This document shows positions 16,501 to 45,003 of a stretch of 64,000 nucleotides of DNA, piece by piece (within the stretch, counting starts at the first letter, position 1; every line of letters begins with the position of its first letter). The notes below the pieces were generated by a model that worked only from the letters and a program-made list of their open reading frames with translations, did not search any database and had not been told where the DNA came from. This DNA is from Bugula neritina (lineage: Eukaryota; Animalia; Bryozoa): NCBI GenBank assembly GCA_964035545.1, contig OZ037773.1, positions 6,539,751 to 6,603,750 of the forward strand, in the 5' to 3' direction. Position numbers and translations under genes: made by a program.

Positions 16501-19500
16501 ACTTACTTTAAAACCAGATTTACTCTGAACTCATACAAAATATTATACTTGTTCCAATAACTCAAAATTCTAGAACTTCAAGTGTGCAATATTATTTGAA
16601 ATAACAGGCAGTTTTCCAGGAGAGGAGGCATCAAAGGGAGTTGTGCCCTCTGCAAGCTTGTAATTTACAACTGCTCTCAGTTGTGGTGTTGATGAAGCGA
16701 AATAAAACTCTGCGCTATAAATCACGGAGATCTCGACTAATTGACGCGCAGCCTGGATCTCTTCAAGGAAACAGTTGAGACTAATTAGAGAAGACAAGGT
16801 TGATGAGCTCACCGACTCCATCTTGGAAGTATAAAGTGATTTAGCCGTTGTCAAGGCAACCAAGTTGTTAGCTTCTGCTGTGGCACGCACCAAAGACTTA
16901 GGCTCTGGCAAAGTGTCTCCCTTGAAGATTTCCATATATACCTGAGAGGGAAGATAACTCTTAGTGATTTAAACAAGTTGAACACATCAGATATCTATTG
17001 GGCAACACATTACTTTAAGAAAAAAAAGCAAATTGTGAAAACAGTTGGAAATCATTTACGTGACTTTAGTTTTTTTAAATGAATAATAATAATATATGAT
17101 AAATGAAGAGTAATTATACATGAATAACAAATGAGAATTATATATAAATAAATGAATAATAATATGAATAAATGAATATTATAAAGTTAACCTGCCTATT
17201 TAGATAACTTGTGGTGTGGAATAAACTGTAAATCTGACTACAAGTTGCCAGCCCGTGTCATTCAACTAGACAGAAGGTTGTAATCTACTGTACTTTACTG
17301 AATGTGATACTATAGCACGAGCTCACATCAAATATATTAACAGACAACCAATGAAACTAGTAAACTGTAATAACTTCTAAATCGTTTGAAAGAATATTAT
17401 GTCTTTCACTCAGTAAATTGAATTCAAAAACTTTCATTAATTCGAACACCGCCACCCTCTCCTCGTCATGATTTTGATACAGTATATAAATAAAATAATA
17501 TTAAATGATTTTCAAAAGATATTCACCTTGAAGTACTCAACCAGGTCTTGTGCCGTCACTTTATTCCCAGAAATCTCCTTTATTATCAGATTCTCTTGGT
17601 TGAGCAGCTGTGGCACAAGTTGGGCTAAATGCTCCTTAAACAACACTTCCACATCTGCAGTGAGTAAACCAAAACTAGACATGACACTGGCAGCAATCAT
17701 TCAGTACTTTATCACTACGGCAGCAGAGCCCGGCTTACTGGCTGCCCAGTTTCTATGCTAATCATCATGCAGCTTCCTAACAAGATCAGGCAGCACATGA
17801 GCGGCAGCAAATGAGCGAGCAGTTAGTCAGCAGTAAATTTAGTAGATTTATTAGCGAGGTTCAAGTTAGCCATAAACTATAGTTTAGTAGTTATCAGAAT
17901 AATATGTAACAGAGATCTATATTATAGCAGAGTATACAGATATATACTTAATAGATAGATATATAATACATCCTGATATAGTATAATGTAGATAGATATG
18001 CTATAGTAGTATATAAGATATACTGTAGAGTGTAGATGCATTATAGTATAGTAGTACCGAACCAGATCTTAGATTCAATAGATTTTTACAGTTTCTACAA
18101 ACTGCTAGTCATTTCAAACTAACTCAGGGAACGTTTAAACAGAACTTTCCTGTGCAACGAAAGGTTAAAGTTTATCACTAGAAAAAAATCAATATTTCCA
18201 TGCAGTTGCATGCAGCATTTATTGACCAGTTTCAGGATGTATCAGTTTTTAAAGGTGAAGTACTTTGTGGTCAGACTATGGTTAGCATGTTAGTAGACCA
18301 ACTGTTGGGAGTAGTACTTGGTTACACAAGTATAACTGGCAATTACTATGTAGTTATAAATTATAGTAGGCAAAGTACATGCACAGACCTAACTGTGAAC
18401 ATGCATAGTCTTTCAATGTGAATTCACAATCAGAGATAAGAAAATATGGTGCTGATTGACTGCCAGTATAATGAAACACAATCTCCTTGCACAGATCTGG
18501 CAACAGCCATGTAGACTACTTGTTGTACACAATGACACTACACTCGGCAGGTATAACAGGTGCTTGGAACATGCTGTCATGTGCTGCGTGTTGCATAACA
18601 TTGCTGCCAACTCAGCTTCAACCAACTGATGCCAGCCTTGTTCAGATAAATAAAGTTGCGCAATAAAATATTGTTTGCTTAGACTATGAGATAAACCTTA
18701 AAGGCAGTGAGATATATCATGCAATCTAGTTTCAGTGTGCCCAGCGCATGTGTAGCGTATATCCCTAAACAATGGTAAGAAAAGTACCTGCATATGTATG
18801 ACCAGACCTACTCAGACTAATGTAGCTTAGGCTTAGCTATTGGCTTAAAATATTACCTCCGCAGTCAAGAGAGTCTCTCAAGGCTCTACATTTCGAAAAT
18901 TAACATAACTTTTCACTTATCCATGTACAATTATAATTGAACTCTATCAGTGTTAACAAGAACACTTTATCAAGGTCAGTGATGGCATACAAGACATATC
19001 TGGGTTTCAGCAACTCTCTTATGTATGTTTCTTCTCTCAGAGTCGCGAGAGTAGAGTATCATCTTTTGCTGTTACCTAGCAACAGGCGGTCATGTTCAAA
19101 CAGGAAACATAACACACACTGACCTGCCAGTCTGCCGTCAAAGCGAGGGTTCGTGGCAACACCAAGACCAGGGTGGGGCATCAAGTAGCAGTCTATGGTC
19201 TCAAAACAGGACCGGATGTGCTCTCTCAGCAGCTGTAACTCCTCGTGTTGAGTTGGACTCAACTGTAGACATACATACATAGGTTAGTAACTAGTAGTAT
19301 ACTTACTAACTAGTACATTTACCCACTAGTACACAAGTTACCAATAGTACACTTACTCACTAACAAGTATACTTACCTACTAACTTACTTATTGCTTACT
19401 GTAGGGAAGAATATTTGCTCACAATTGTTTGAATTTCAGATAATTTCGTGCAAAAAATGAAAAAACTATTACTAGCCTTAAAAACCTACCACCAGATTTT

Positions 19501-22500
19501 TCACAACAACTGAAGCTACAAACAAACATAACTGAAGTCACTACTCTTTCTGATAATATTCAACAATAGGACAGTCTCACCTCTAAGAATGTGCCCAGGA
19601 GCTGGTTACCACCTTCTATTCCGTACTCGTAGTCGTAGGGATAACTCCAGTCTCGCACCAGAAACAGCAGCGACTGGAACGGTTTTACATCACTAACATC
19701 AGACGTGGCTAGCTTACCGTACTCTGTGAATAGCTGGAAGGATATCAAATGGAACATATAACATATACATCATACAGAACATATAACATATACATCATAC
19801 AAAACATATAACATATACATCATACAGAACATATAACATATACATTATACAGAACATATAACAAAGATCTCATATGCATCACATAACATACATCATACAT
19901 GCGCATCATATAACATATACATTGTACTTGACACACAGTATTCACACCATACCAATAATACAACGTATATACACCAGATATGTATAATTATGTATATATA
20001 CATATCATACAACATATTATATAGTATTCTGGTAAGCCACAAAATTATACTAGCTGATTATTAGAAGACTATTATAATATAAACACTGAAAATGAAATAA
20101 AAATAATAAATTCATGTGAAATGAGTATATGATTAGTTTCAGGTAAAATATCAGACCCATTGTTATTCCTAACTTCTGAAAAACTCACACAAATTTATAG
20201 TCGTTATCTCTGCGAGAAACCCCTGATTATTATCTAAGAATAGATAATAATTCAGTTCAGATAATTACACATTTTGTCTGCTAATAGTTGGTAAAGTGTG
20301 ATACACAAACAAGACAACATAAATCCAGTGCAAAACAGTGTGACATACTGCACGTCACAACGCTAGGGTTTAAACCAGCTATGAAGCTAAGGAATTCTAT
20401 TCGGGTTAAAGTTAGAGAAACACGCAAACCTGCAAGTGTTGAAGGTCATTCTCCTGAATATTAGAGTAGAGATTATAGACCTGTATAGAGCTAAGCATGG
20501 TACTGAGAGCAAAGATGGTAGCACACTCTTTCACTGTACTCTTGTTGTCAAAAGCACCTTGCGTATCCAGTAACAGAACTGCAACCTAAATATAAAAGTG
20601 AAAAAATTGATGGAATGGAAATAACGTACTTTACATAGACCAGTAATACGTATGTAACCCTAACTTGAAACTATTGCTTAATTTTTAGCATAAGGTATTT
20701 GAACAAAATGAATTGCCGCACATGTGTTGCAAGAGCCGCATACGCAAGTGGCAGGTGAAAGAATATAGTACTGATTGCCACTAACTCCCTCCACATTTCT
20801 GAGGAACACATCTAGCAGTGAGCAGCAGAACTGCAGTGACCGGTATGACTGGGCATATACAATACAACTGAGTAGCTTAGTAGTACAGGTATATATCCAT
20901 ATTCCATAGCCCCATATTTACAAAATGGTTGCAATAATTCAAAGCTCACAAAAATTTGCTTTCTGATGATTATGTAGAATCTATCGCAAAAGTCAAACTT
21001 ATTTATTTACAAATTTATTACAAAAATATCAACCCAGTATGCTTTTGTATTTCATACTAATACAACAGTTAGCCACATTCTTAGTTAAACAAGACGCCAT
21101 TCATCATGGCACGTATAAAATACTTGTAAGCAGAGAACTAAGTCTACCTCTTCACCCCCCTCCGTACTCATCAGGAACGGCTCACTCCACATGAGAATGC
21201 CGGTGGTCTCCCGCTCAGCTCCACCTCGCCATGAGAAACCACCGAGAGCCATTGACTCATCATCCAGCCAGCCATAGTCAGAATGATTCTACAAGTTGTT
21301 CAAATATTGCGAAACCTTATTGACATTCAATAGATACTCCACAATATATACCAAACCCACTTTCAAACTCTCATTATAAATTGTCTTCATATCCTTAACA
21401 CTCGTTTGCTAACCTATTAAAAAAACTAACTTTTTTAGATTTTAACTCAAATCATAGTTATCTTGCTTTCCATTATAATAAACATTTTCACTTAAATTCA
21501 AAGTTCTAAACATGTTGGAAACCCTTCATTCAGGAACAAATACTTAGGCTTTTATTTATAAACAAAAATATACAACTTTCATGGTCCCAATAAACTATCA
21601 AACAGTTTATTGCTCCAGGATAATTGAGCACGGTTAATTTTATTATGAATTAGAAGATATCTGTTTCTCTTTAAACTTATTAACTCTTTTCTCAGTAACA
21701 TTAGGTTATATTTAAAAACTAAATGGTTTAATAAACAGCAACCATTGAAATTCACAATAGTATAACAATTAGTGTTGCTCTTACCTCAGATTGCATCACA
21801 TAGTTGAGATATCGAATGAAAAAGTTTAGCAAAAACGATTTCCCTTTACGGAAAGCACCAGCAACAGAAACAATAACCACCGGCTTATTCTTGACGCCAT
21901 TTTTGTTGAGAATTGCACGCAGGTTCTGCTCTTCTAATTGAAATGAGTGTTCGTCTCCAACACTAACTATCTGTACAGGATGCCCAGATAACCCCACACT
22001 CTCAGGTGTGACTGGAGATACAATAAATAGGGACTATTAACTAAATGTATACCAAAACATAAGTTAGACACTAAATAACATGAAATCTATAACAAGCGTT
22101 TAAGCAAAATGTTCAGAAAACTAGTGTCAGAAAAACATGTTGGTTTTTACGGAGACAAAAGCACTTTGAGTGTATAACTTAAAAAGATTACTTGAAAATG
22201 TTAGTTGAGCCTAAAAACAAACATAGTAGATAAGAATTCTTAGGCTTATAGATTAAAATAATTTGACAACTGAGCAAACTGTAGTGGTGATAGTAGTGGT
22301 GGTGATAGTAGTGGTGGTGATAGTAGTGGTGGTAGTGGTAGTAGTGGTGGTAGTGGTAGTAGTGGTGGTAATAGTGGTGATAGTAGTAGTGGTGATAGTA
22401 GTGGTGGTAGTAGTGGTGGTAGTGGTAGTAGTGGTGGTAATAGTGATGATAGTAGTAGTGGTGACAGTAACAGTGGTGGTAGTGGTAGTTGTGGTGGTAA

Positions 22501-23410
22501 TAGTGATGATAGTAGTAGTGGTGACAGTAACAGTGGTGGTAGTGGTAGTAGTGGTGGTAATAGTGATGATAGTAGTAGTGGTGATAGTAGTGGTGGTAGT
22601 AGTAGTAGTGGTGGTAATAGTGATGATAGTAGTAGTGGTGATAGTAATAGTGGTGGTAGTGATGACTCTTAAATAGTAATACAGCATCTTAGTACACTGC
22701 TACTATTTTTATGGCTGCTACTTTTGAATCCAATGCTAAGAGTAAGAACTGAGATAGAGCTGAATGTAATACCAGTGTCATAAGTATACTGATGAGGAAA
22801 GATGCTCTCAATTTTAAGGCTAACTAACATTTGTCAGCATAATACTTATTGCATTAGCATACTGAGTATAAACTATATGAGAGTTTTCAGTGAGACCTAA
22901 TCTAGAAGCCATGAGGCTAGGTTGCCAATGTGAGTGTAGTTTCACACAAAAATACTCACAGCCTCCAAAGCATGAAAAATATGTTAACAACAAATTTTCA
23001 TAATGATTGCAACTATAAGTAATGCTAATACCTATAGCTAAGTCATACACATGTCATTATGACTATTTAAAGGTAACATCAATAGCCAATCCCATAATTA
23101 TTGATAATTAAACCTGATAATTATAAGCATTTAAAAATTTCTCAAATTCTCACTCACAATTATCCAATCTTTTACACTTATACTTATAGCTACTCATGGA
23201 GCTATATGTATACCGATTGTGATACTATAACTATAAGCCATAATGTTAATGGTAATACTATTACTCTTACTGTATTAGTATTACTGTTAGTATTAGTAAT
23301 ATTAATAGTACTACTCTTAGTCTTACAGTTACTGATGACAAACTGTAATGATTTGGTTTGAAATTACCTGTTAAAGAGCTAGTGCCACTGTTAGAGCTTG
23401 AGCGCTTCAT
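13501..23410 (-). CDS. ATL: Atlastin (ER-fusion dynamin-like GTPase), ~582 aa (611 aa with cassette exon); exons 23410-23368, 22011-21785, 21288-21148, 20585-20430, 19733-19581, 19262-19124, 17654-17527, 16941-16813, 16452-16331, 15987-15842, 14929-14766, [14357-14271], 13701-13501
   Basis: Motifs [15 protein letters not shown] (G1), [54 protein letters not shown], two TM segments and [13 protein letters not shown]. All junctions are GT-AG and in frame. Confidence 0.96.
15195..15570. mobile_element. Possible non-autonomous DNA transposon fragment in an atlastin intron
   Basis: Begins tatatgtgtgaccg followed by a hairpin (gttacg..cgtaac). The other end was not identified. Confidence 0.25.
16237..16300. 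repeat. Short 21-bp tandem repeat (ctacactctacactgactatt)
   Basis: 2-3 copies visible. Confidence 0.75.
19750..19865. repeat. 25-bp minisatellite (gaacatataacatatacatcataca)
   Basis: About 4.5 tandem copies. Confidence 0.9.
22281..22665. repeat. Degenerate (TAG/TGG/TGA)n trinucleotide tract in atlastin intron 1
   Basis: Directly visible; source of the poly-Thr and poly-Val ORFs. Confidence 0.97.
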
Positions 23411-23699
23411 TTGCTAAAATTGCTTCAAGTATAACTGTCAGTGGGAAGTTGAGTTTCAGTTTAATTAAATTTATCAAATTCAATCAACAACTACAACTAC
23501 AGGATGAGGATTAACTCCGAATTCAAATTAGCTAATTCAGTAATTTACTAATTGGAATGAATAATTAATACCAGTAACTTAAATTAAGATTATAATAATT
23601 AGCACAAATGATATCACCAATTGTGGCGTTAAAGAGTTTCTACAGTATGACAATTTTTAACTACTAACGATAGAATGTCAAATTAAACGCCAGTACAAA

Positions 23700-23900
23700 T
23701 CATGCTCATAATCATAGACATATTCAATTTGAGTAGCCGTAGGGAGGTTACTTGTAATTTGATGCGTATACAGTTACACGGGCAATTATGAAACGTTCCG
23801 ATTGGCTGGAGGGAGTTTGCTGTACACGTGAAAATTATTCATAATATTATCGTTATGACTTTGGCAATAATTATCTAATAATTATTTATTCCATTATAGT
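23700..23900. promoter_or_regulatory. Candidate bidirectional promoter between ATL and WDPCP
   Basis: Divergent ATGs at 23410 (-) and 25105 (+). A GC-richer patch contains an X-box-like GTTACAcgGGCAAT (23773-23786), ATTGG/CCAAT (23801-23805) and CACGTG (23825-23830). Confidence 0.5.
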
Positions 23901-25104
23901 TGACTTTAATGCTGTCATCAAAACTTGCACTTGATAAATCTTTGCAGCAAATGATAGTAAGCTAGAAATTTGTTTTAATAAAATATTATTATGCTAGTTG
24001 TAGTTGAGAAACTTTCTGCAATTGACGGCTACATCAGAAGTAGAAATGTTGAGGAGATAACTCCATTTAAAACCTTGGCGTTTCAAGTTATTTGAACGAA
24101 GTAATTTTATTGGTCTGTTTATTTGGTATAACATAGTTTCGAATAAAGTTCATGACGCCCAATTTTTTATCACAAAACGCTAGTAAGTAATGAACAATTT
24201 TTACTGAATCGCGTGTTCTAATAACTTTGTAAGTTCACTCTCAATAGTTGTCAAGCAAGCTGCTGCAGTAATTGTGGAGCTATGAAGTACCCGAAATGAA
24301 AAAGTGATTAGAGTTTTATCTTAGCTCTTGTTTTCAATTTTAATAAAACTATATTATTCAATAAATATTTCGTTAAAAACTTTTTGGTAACGTTTTTCAA
24401 TTATGCGGGTAAATGTAGAACTACATAAAATTCTTTCAAGTGGAAAATAAAAATGAAGAATAAATAAAAATTACTATTTAATATAATTTAAATTGATAAT
24501 AATATTATAAAATCAACTATGATCTTAATTAATTTACTTTTAGTAAAATGAATTTGTAGAAATTATATTGCTTAATTGAAATTGTATGTGCTATGTTGAG
24601 TTTAGTACGTCTACTTATAGCTATTGACTATTGAGTATTGTGATCAATTTATTCATAAATAAAGTAGTTATGATTTGATAATGATACAATAACTATAAGT
24701 ATAACTTTTAGTTTCACTTCAAATAACTATCTATTATAGTATTTAATATCGTAACTGTTGCATCATTCACATCAATTTGTTTTTTATTTAATTTGATAAA
24801 TAACTAGTCATTAGCAGTTAAAATGAAGAAATATAAAAACAAATGCGATTTTTTTTTCACTCATCAATGCTATTCACATTTCGACTTAAAGTAATTATCA
24901 TTTTGATTATCATCATCATGGGTTTATTAATTTATTTAATTGTGCCTTTAATTCATCGTATAGCAGCTCTAAAATGCTAAACTAAAACTAATACAACATT
25001 GTATTTAATTATTAAGACTTCACTATTTTGCTTGTTGCACCTGTTGTTATAGTAGAACTTATCTGCTTCAAATTCATGGCAGAATTTTTTTTCAGTTGTT
25101 AAAA

Positions 25105-39400
<14,296 letters not shown>

Positions 39401-40279
39401 TGGTGATTGGTCAGATCTTACTAATAGTTGAACTGCATGCCGTGTAGCTGTCTGCATGTGCTTCAAACTCTTTCTGCTGACAGAACTGAGAAAGAGGTCA
39501 TCGCTGTCATATCCTCTCTTGACAATCATTGCATGTGCTAGCATGAGCTACTGTTATTTTGTATTTTCATTCCTCTTCTTTCTTACATATTATGGTGATT
39601 TTTACTCAAAATATTTTTTGAAATTTAAATTGGTGTCTATAAAGCAGTGAATTATTCACTGGCATTTTTTTATGCTAAATAATTAGTTATTGCTATTCTA
39701 CTTATGAGTTAGTAATTTTCAATTACATTTTTCTGTAAATACTAAACTAATTTTAACCATAAAAAAGATATTTTTAGCAGTTTGGAGTTAACAGGTTTTA
39801 TATTGAGTGAACTGAAACTGCTGCTATTAAGATTCTTTGTATGTGTCATTTTTGATTCAACTTTCTCTGTAATCCTATACCCTGGGGAAATATTGTTTAT
39901 AACACATGGCTTTTTAAGTCTCTGTAAATACTTTTTCTGTAAATACAGTATTATAATATGCTTTAAAAAATGTTTGTATTTAACTATTAAGATAAATGAA
40001 AAGAATTATAGTAACTCCCCCCCCCCCTCCGCCCACTATTTTCACAGCTAGCATTTTATTACCTGCAGGTATTTCAACTTTTAGCCATCATTATTTGTCA
40101 GTTTAGGTAATGATAGACATTAATGAAAGTTAAAGTTGCAGTGCTCTATGTTTTAACTTATAGCATCTCTCTTTTTATATATTGCATGCAAACTTATTTC
40201 TATTTCATGTTACTTGGTTTGGAGGGTGAACTGACTGCGTTGAACTTAAATACTAAAGCTGAGTGTTGAAATAGGGCTT

Positions 40280-41130
40280 TTCCTGAAACTGCACACACTG
40301 CATAATTCCTATTTTTAGCCTTGGTGCCCTAGTACAGTTAAAACTTTATGAAAATTGATAATATTCATTAATAACATATTAAAATTTGGGAACAGTTGAG
40401 CTATTATTTTTCGAGATATGAGCAATTGAATTGAAAATCAAAAATTTTAAAGACGTACTGCGGGCTGTGTGTTTATTATTCCCGTTAGGGTTTTGTTGAA
40501 CATAGACACTTGCTTGCCTTTTAGATGGTCAAGTTACAAACTTACAACAACAGGTGCTGTTTGTAGGTATTATTCCTTTGTTTTGTAATCGAAGTCATAA
40601 TTACTCATTGTCCCGGCGGCCGCACCAATTAACCCGAACCAAAACGCAGTTTCCATTTCAAAAGTATTGTTTTCATTTACTTTTTCTCCAGCAGTTGTGA
40701 TTGAAGTAAGAAAAGCATTGGCTATATCTACAACAGCATTGTGCACCAAGAGTATCATCCCTTCTCTGTAACACTCGTAAACTTTTGGGATGTGATGTGA
40801 TCGCTATAAACAAGTTTGCACTATGTGCCCTTTTCTGTCTTCTACAGATATATTGCACTTGCGTGCTAAATTCTACCTTACCATTTTCTCTCAATAGTGC
40901 AAGAATGGGGAGTTGTTACCACAATGCTAGGAATAAAATGGTGTAATAAAGTTGTGATACGATGAGGGAGTAAAATGTAGTCTAAAGCAGAGGTTTTCAA
41001 CTAAAAGAATTGTAAATTTAAAAAAAAATTTCACACCCACCCCAACATCATGCACAATTTTGATTATGTATGCGCTACTCTATACAGGCAGTAAGGGCTT
41101 AGAATTGTTGTATTTTTCTGCAGCATTCTT
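40280..41130. mobile_element. Possible old non-autonomous DNA transposon with degraded inverted ends
   Basis: Weak inverted similarity between ~40288-40337 and ~41077-41123. No intact transposase. Confidence 0.25.
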
Positions 41131-41239
41131 TTATAGGTTGTAGAACAGAAAAAGCTGTCTTTTATTTATACTGTTTAACCTTGCAAGCATGATTAACAAG
41201 ATCGGGTAACTCTTGCAGTGGCCATGAGCAAAGAATTAC

Positions 41240-41980
41240 ATAAATTTGTTTTAAAGAGATTCAATGCAGAAGATTATGGAAGCGTCTTTTATTTAGTTTC
41301 CTCTTTCTTGCAGAACAAAGCAGCACACAGCCTTATGTACAATGAAATCGGCAACACAAGTTACAGTAGCAGATAGCTAATGGTAATACTTACGACACAC
41401 TTCTTACTCTAAATCACCTTTTCCAAAGTTAGGGTAACTTGGTCTTACTTCAGATTACAAATATGCCCATCGCAGAAACCCTCAGCATGTATGTCTGTAG
41501 AACCCAACTTTTTATATCAGCACAATTATTGTTCAGTTTTAATTCACTCATCATGATTGTATATCAATTAATTATTGTATTGGACCCTGCAGCCCACGTA
41601 CAGCACTCAAAAGCTTTGTACCCATGGTTCCCAGACATAGATGATACTGTAGGCTCAATGTTCACTGGTTATATGACACTGAAGAATAGATTCACAGATT
41701 AATACACTAACGATTGCTGATTGTGTTGGTTTAATTGTTGACTCTTTCTACGAATCAACAGCAATTGTTACTCGCACACATCTAATATTATCACAGCCCT
41801 TGTCTCTAATTACGGCCTCATTTCTTGCAGATTTATCTTTTAGCTACTCTGGTTGTCAATTGTAACAATGACTTCTTACCTTACAAACAATGACTTCTAG
41901 TCTTACATCAGTGTGTATATTGTTGATGAAGCCCCGAATCTGTAATCTAGTGTTACATGATTCGTGTTGACACAGACTGA
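41240..41980 (+). mobile_element. Degraded Ty3/gypsy-like pol relic (RNaseH end/integrase)
   Basis: Across stops and frameshifts: MPIAETLS (~ADTLSR), YPWFPDIDDTV (~YWWPGMDxDI), LIVDSF (~LIVVDxFSK), LVSNYG (~VSDNG), in the expected order. Confidence 0.4.
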
Positions 41981-42359
41981 TAATGGTTATTAAAATTAAG
42001 GCGTTTTATTTACAAGCTGAGATTTAGCTAGGGCCTAAATAACATGAGTCTGTTATGGTTGAACTGATGTATTGCACAATCATAAGATTAACTGAATGTA
42101 AACAGTCTAGATATTACAGTCTGATTCATTGAAAAAAACAGTGGTCCCTCATCAAGTTTCACCTGGCAAATCGCTTCAGGTCCGTTAGTATATTTTTAGG
42201 CCCTTAAAAAGTTACAAGCAAGAGGGAACTTTGTATGTCCTATAGCTAAAATTATGACATTTAAATAGATAACTTCTTCCAAAGGTTTTTTAGAATTTTA
42301 TGAATGCAGAATAATTTTAATTGGGATATAAAAACTTAAGCAAGTTTATAGTCACTATC

Positions 42360-42540
42360 CCTATGAGAACTCTTGATGGAAAAGTTTTTTTTAAAGCGAG
42401 CTAAGGGCTTACTCAGATGTGGCACAGGAGCAATTATGACTGGATGCTTTTCTTAACATCACCAATGGCCTTCACTAAAGTTAGAACCAATGATTTCGTC
42501 TTTGCTAAGCCAAACACTCTAACCCCTAGACCACGGCTGT
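42360..42540 (-). mobile_element. tRNA-derived SINE copy
   Basis: Same family as 34020-34196 (ggcacaggagcaattatgactggatg...catcaccaatg...actctaacc.ctagaccac). Confidence 0.78.
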
Positions 42541-43852
42541 TCTTTGATATGCTAATTTACTTAATAATAATTTATAAAATACAAGGCATTTAAATTTTAA
42601 CTTACTAGTTGAAGTAATTGTCTGAAATGACTATATTAAAATAACACTTAAGTATTGTATTGTTTTATTGCAAATCCTTTATATATGTTGTACACACATG
42701 GTTTTTTTAGAAAACCAATAATATTATAATAATAAATTGGGTTGGGCTAAGACCGAACAACAATTTATTTACCCGTTATTAGATTAAGAACTGCAAAACA
42801 AAAATTCCTAACATACATTTCAAAGTAGTATGTCACCGAATAGCTGCAGTTTTCAATTACGTTCAATATCTTCAAATGTATTGATAAAAAAAATTCATCT
42901 CCAAGTCCGAAGAAATTGCAGGCAGTAGGAGTTATGGTCTCATTGCATTATGTCGTACTGTAAACAGTGTTTATATATAACTACTATAATACCATGACTT
43001 TTATGAAGTAAGCTAAGCTTTAAGTCAAGCATAATAAAAGCTAAATATTTGGTATGCATCCATATTACGCGTGCTCTGAAATTATCAATTTCTCAAAGTA
43101 TAATTTTATCTATACTGTATATACCTCAGGTGATAGATAGATAAAATCATATCTCTGTTGCTTACCATAACACCTCTTGTCATTTCTCCTCATATCACCT
43201 GTACTTTAACCTGTTAATAATTGCGGTGTACACATGTTTACAAGAAATTTAAAGAAACAACCCATATGGTGATACAGCAATTTTCTATTTAGTGAAGTTT
43301 AGTTTATAAACTTTATAGATTGTTATTTGAATTTTTAGTTCAACATTTCATACATTAAAAGCAGTTTTTTTACCAAAAGTTTGTCTTCTACTACTTTAAT
43401 CTGAGGTGATTAGACATTGATTTGTTTGCTGTATTTCAAATATCGGTCTCGCAGTAAATCAATGATATCTGGTAAAGACTTCGGACTGTGTGTAAGCATT
43501 TATAAAATAGTTTTTATGGTTTCATGTATGTTTGCCTAATTCTTTTAGCAAACTCCAAAGACATCATAGATTCACCCTCTCTTGCAGATGATGGTAACAC
43601 AGTACTTTGGTGAACAATAGGAATTAGCTCAATTTTATTAAACTTTCTATATATTCAAAATATTCACCAAAATTATTCTTTTCAAAAAAGCCATACAAAA
43701 TTATTCAATTTCTTCATCTAATAGAAGGTGTATAATTCCATCACTAAGTTGGTAGATTCAGGTTTTTTTTTCAAGTCGCGCGTTTGATTTAATCTTACTC
43801 TAGAGTCTAGAAGATTTACAAGATAATATAAATCAACAAGTAACTGAGAGAT

Positions 43853-44030
43853 CAAGTCTAGAGGTTAGAGCACTGACTTAGTAAACACAAAGTTAGTGAC
43901 TTGAATCCCATTAAAAGCCATTGGTGGTGTTAGGAAAATCATTTAGTCATAGTTGCTCCTCTGTCACAATAGAAACAAGTACTTGGCCTGCTAAAAACGC
44001 CTTCTCATCACATGTTCTCACAGGGATATC
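43853..44030 (+). mobile_element. tRNA-derived SINE copy (opposite orientation)
   Basis: gtctagaggttagagcactgacttagtaa...ccattggtggtgttaggaaaatcatttagtcatagttgctcct is the reverse complement of the other copies. Confidence 0.75.
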
Positions 44031-44884
44031 AACAAGTAATTGAATCTAAAAATGATATCATTTTGCTACAACTTTCATTTCTAGAAGTTTTCCACGTGAA
44101 CAATGTAGGTTTAGGTTTACAATGTCAACTCTCAACTACATGATAACATTTTACTCATGCAACATTGTGTCACCCTGAACAAGATAAAAGTCTAAAGTCC
44201 TTGAGTTATGCAAATAATTACAAACCGTGATTCATTGTAACCCTTTACTGCATCTGAAATGTTGATGTTGTACACCAGATAACATTAATATTATTCCTCT
44301 AATCTCTCAAACTAGAATTTTATTTATTGAGTTATAATAATATTGGAATATTTGTAGGATTAATTAATGAGAATTTAGATCATTGTGGCAGTCCTGAAAG
44401 GCTTGCTATCCATAACTATTTCATGTATTTTGCAGTATGTTATTAGATTAAGATACAGCAATGGTTTATTGAATCAATAAAGGAATGAACATCCAAGCTT
44501 GTATCAATATTGTTACTAATAAGCATGCCATGACACTGATATTAGTTCTTGGAACTTCACACACAGCTTTCGAATTTATATCTTTAAAACCACAGCAAAC
44601 TATGACATTGTAACTTGTTGAATGTAAAATTATAGTTCATGGGAAATTTGCCCATTCAAACCAGTTGCTTTGGAGATAAAAATTAGAAGTCTGCCACCTT
44701 CTATCGATATCATTGTATTTGTTATATTTCATTATTGCATTATTATTACAGGCCCTAACATATTGCATTAAATTTTGACATGCAGTTAGCTTACACAATC
44801 AACTTATTCAACTGCAATGTTTAATATACATCTTTATATATTAAATTAAATATACTATTCTATAATAATATAGTTATATACACC

Positions 44885-45003
<119 letters not shown>

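Noticed and set aside
18857-18885. Possible extra atlastin exon (ag...GAG|gtaata)
   Set aside because: Inclusion introduces an immediate stop and the flanking exons already join in frame. A poison exon cannot be supported without RNA data.
22253-22687. Mucin-like poly-Thr and poly-Val ORFs
   Set aside because: Trinucleotide simple repeat in atlastin intron 1 with no supporting exon structure.
40570-40926. Minus-strand ORFs and apparent exons (VVDIANAFL resembling an RT motif; in-frame TGA as possible selenocysteine)
   Set aside because: Putative exons do not join into a convincing protein, no other RT motifs or SECIS were recognised, and the region lies within a probable old transposon.
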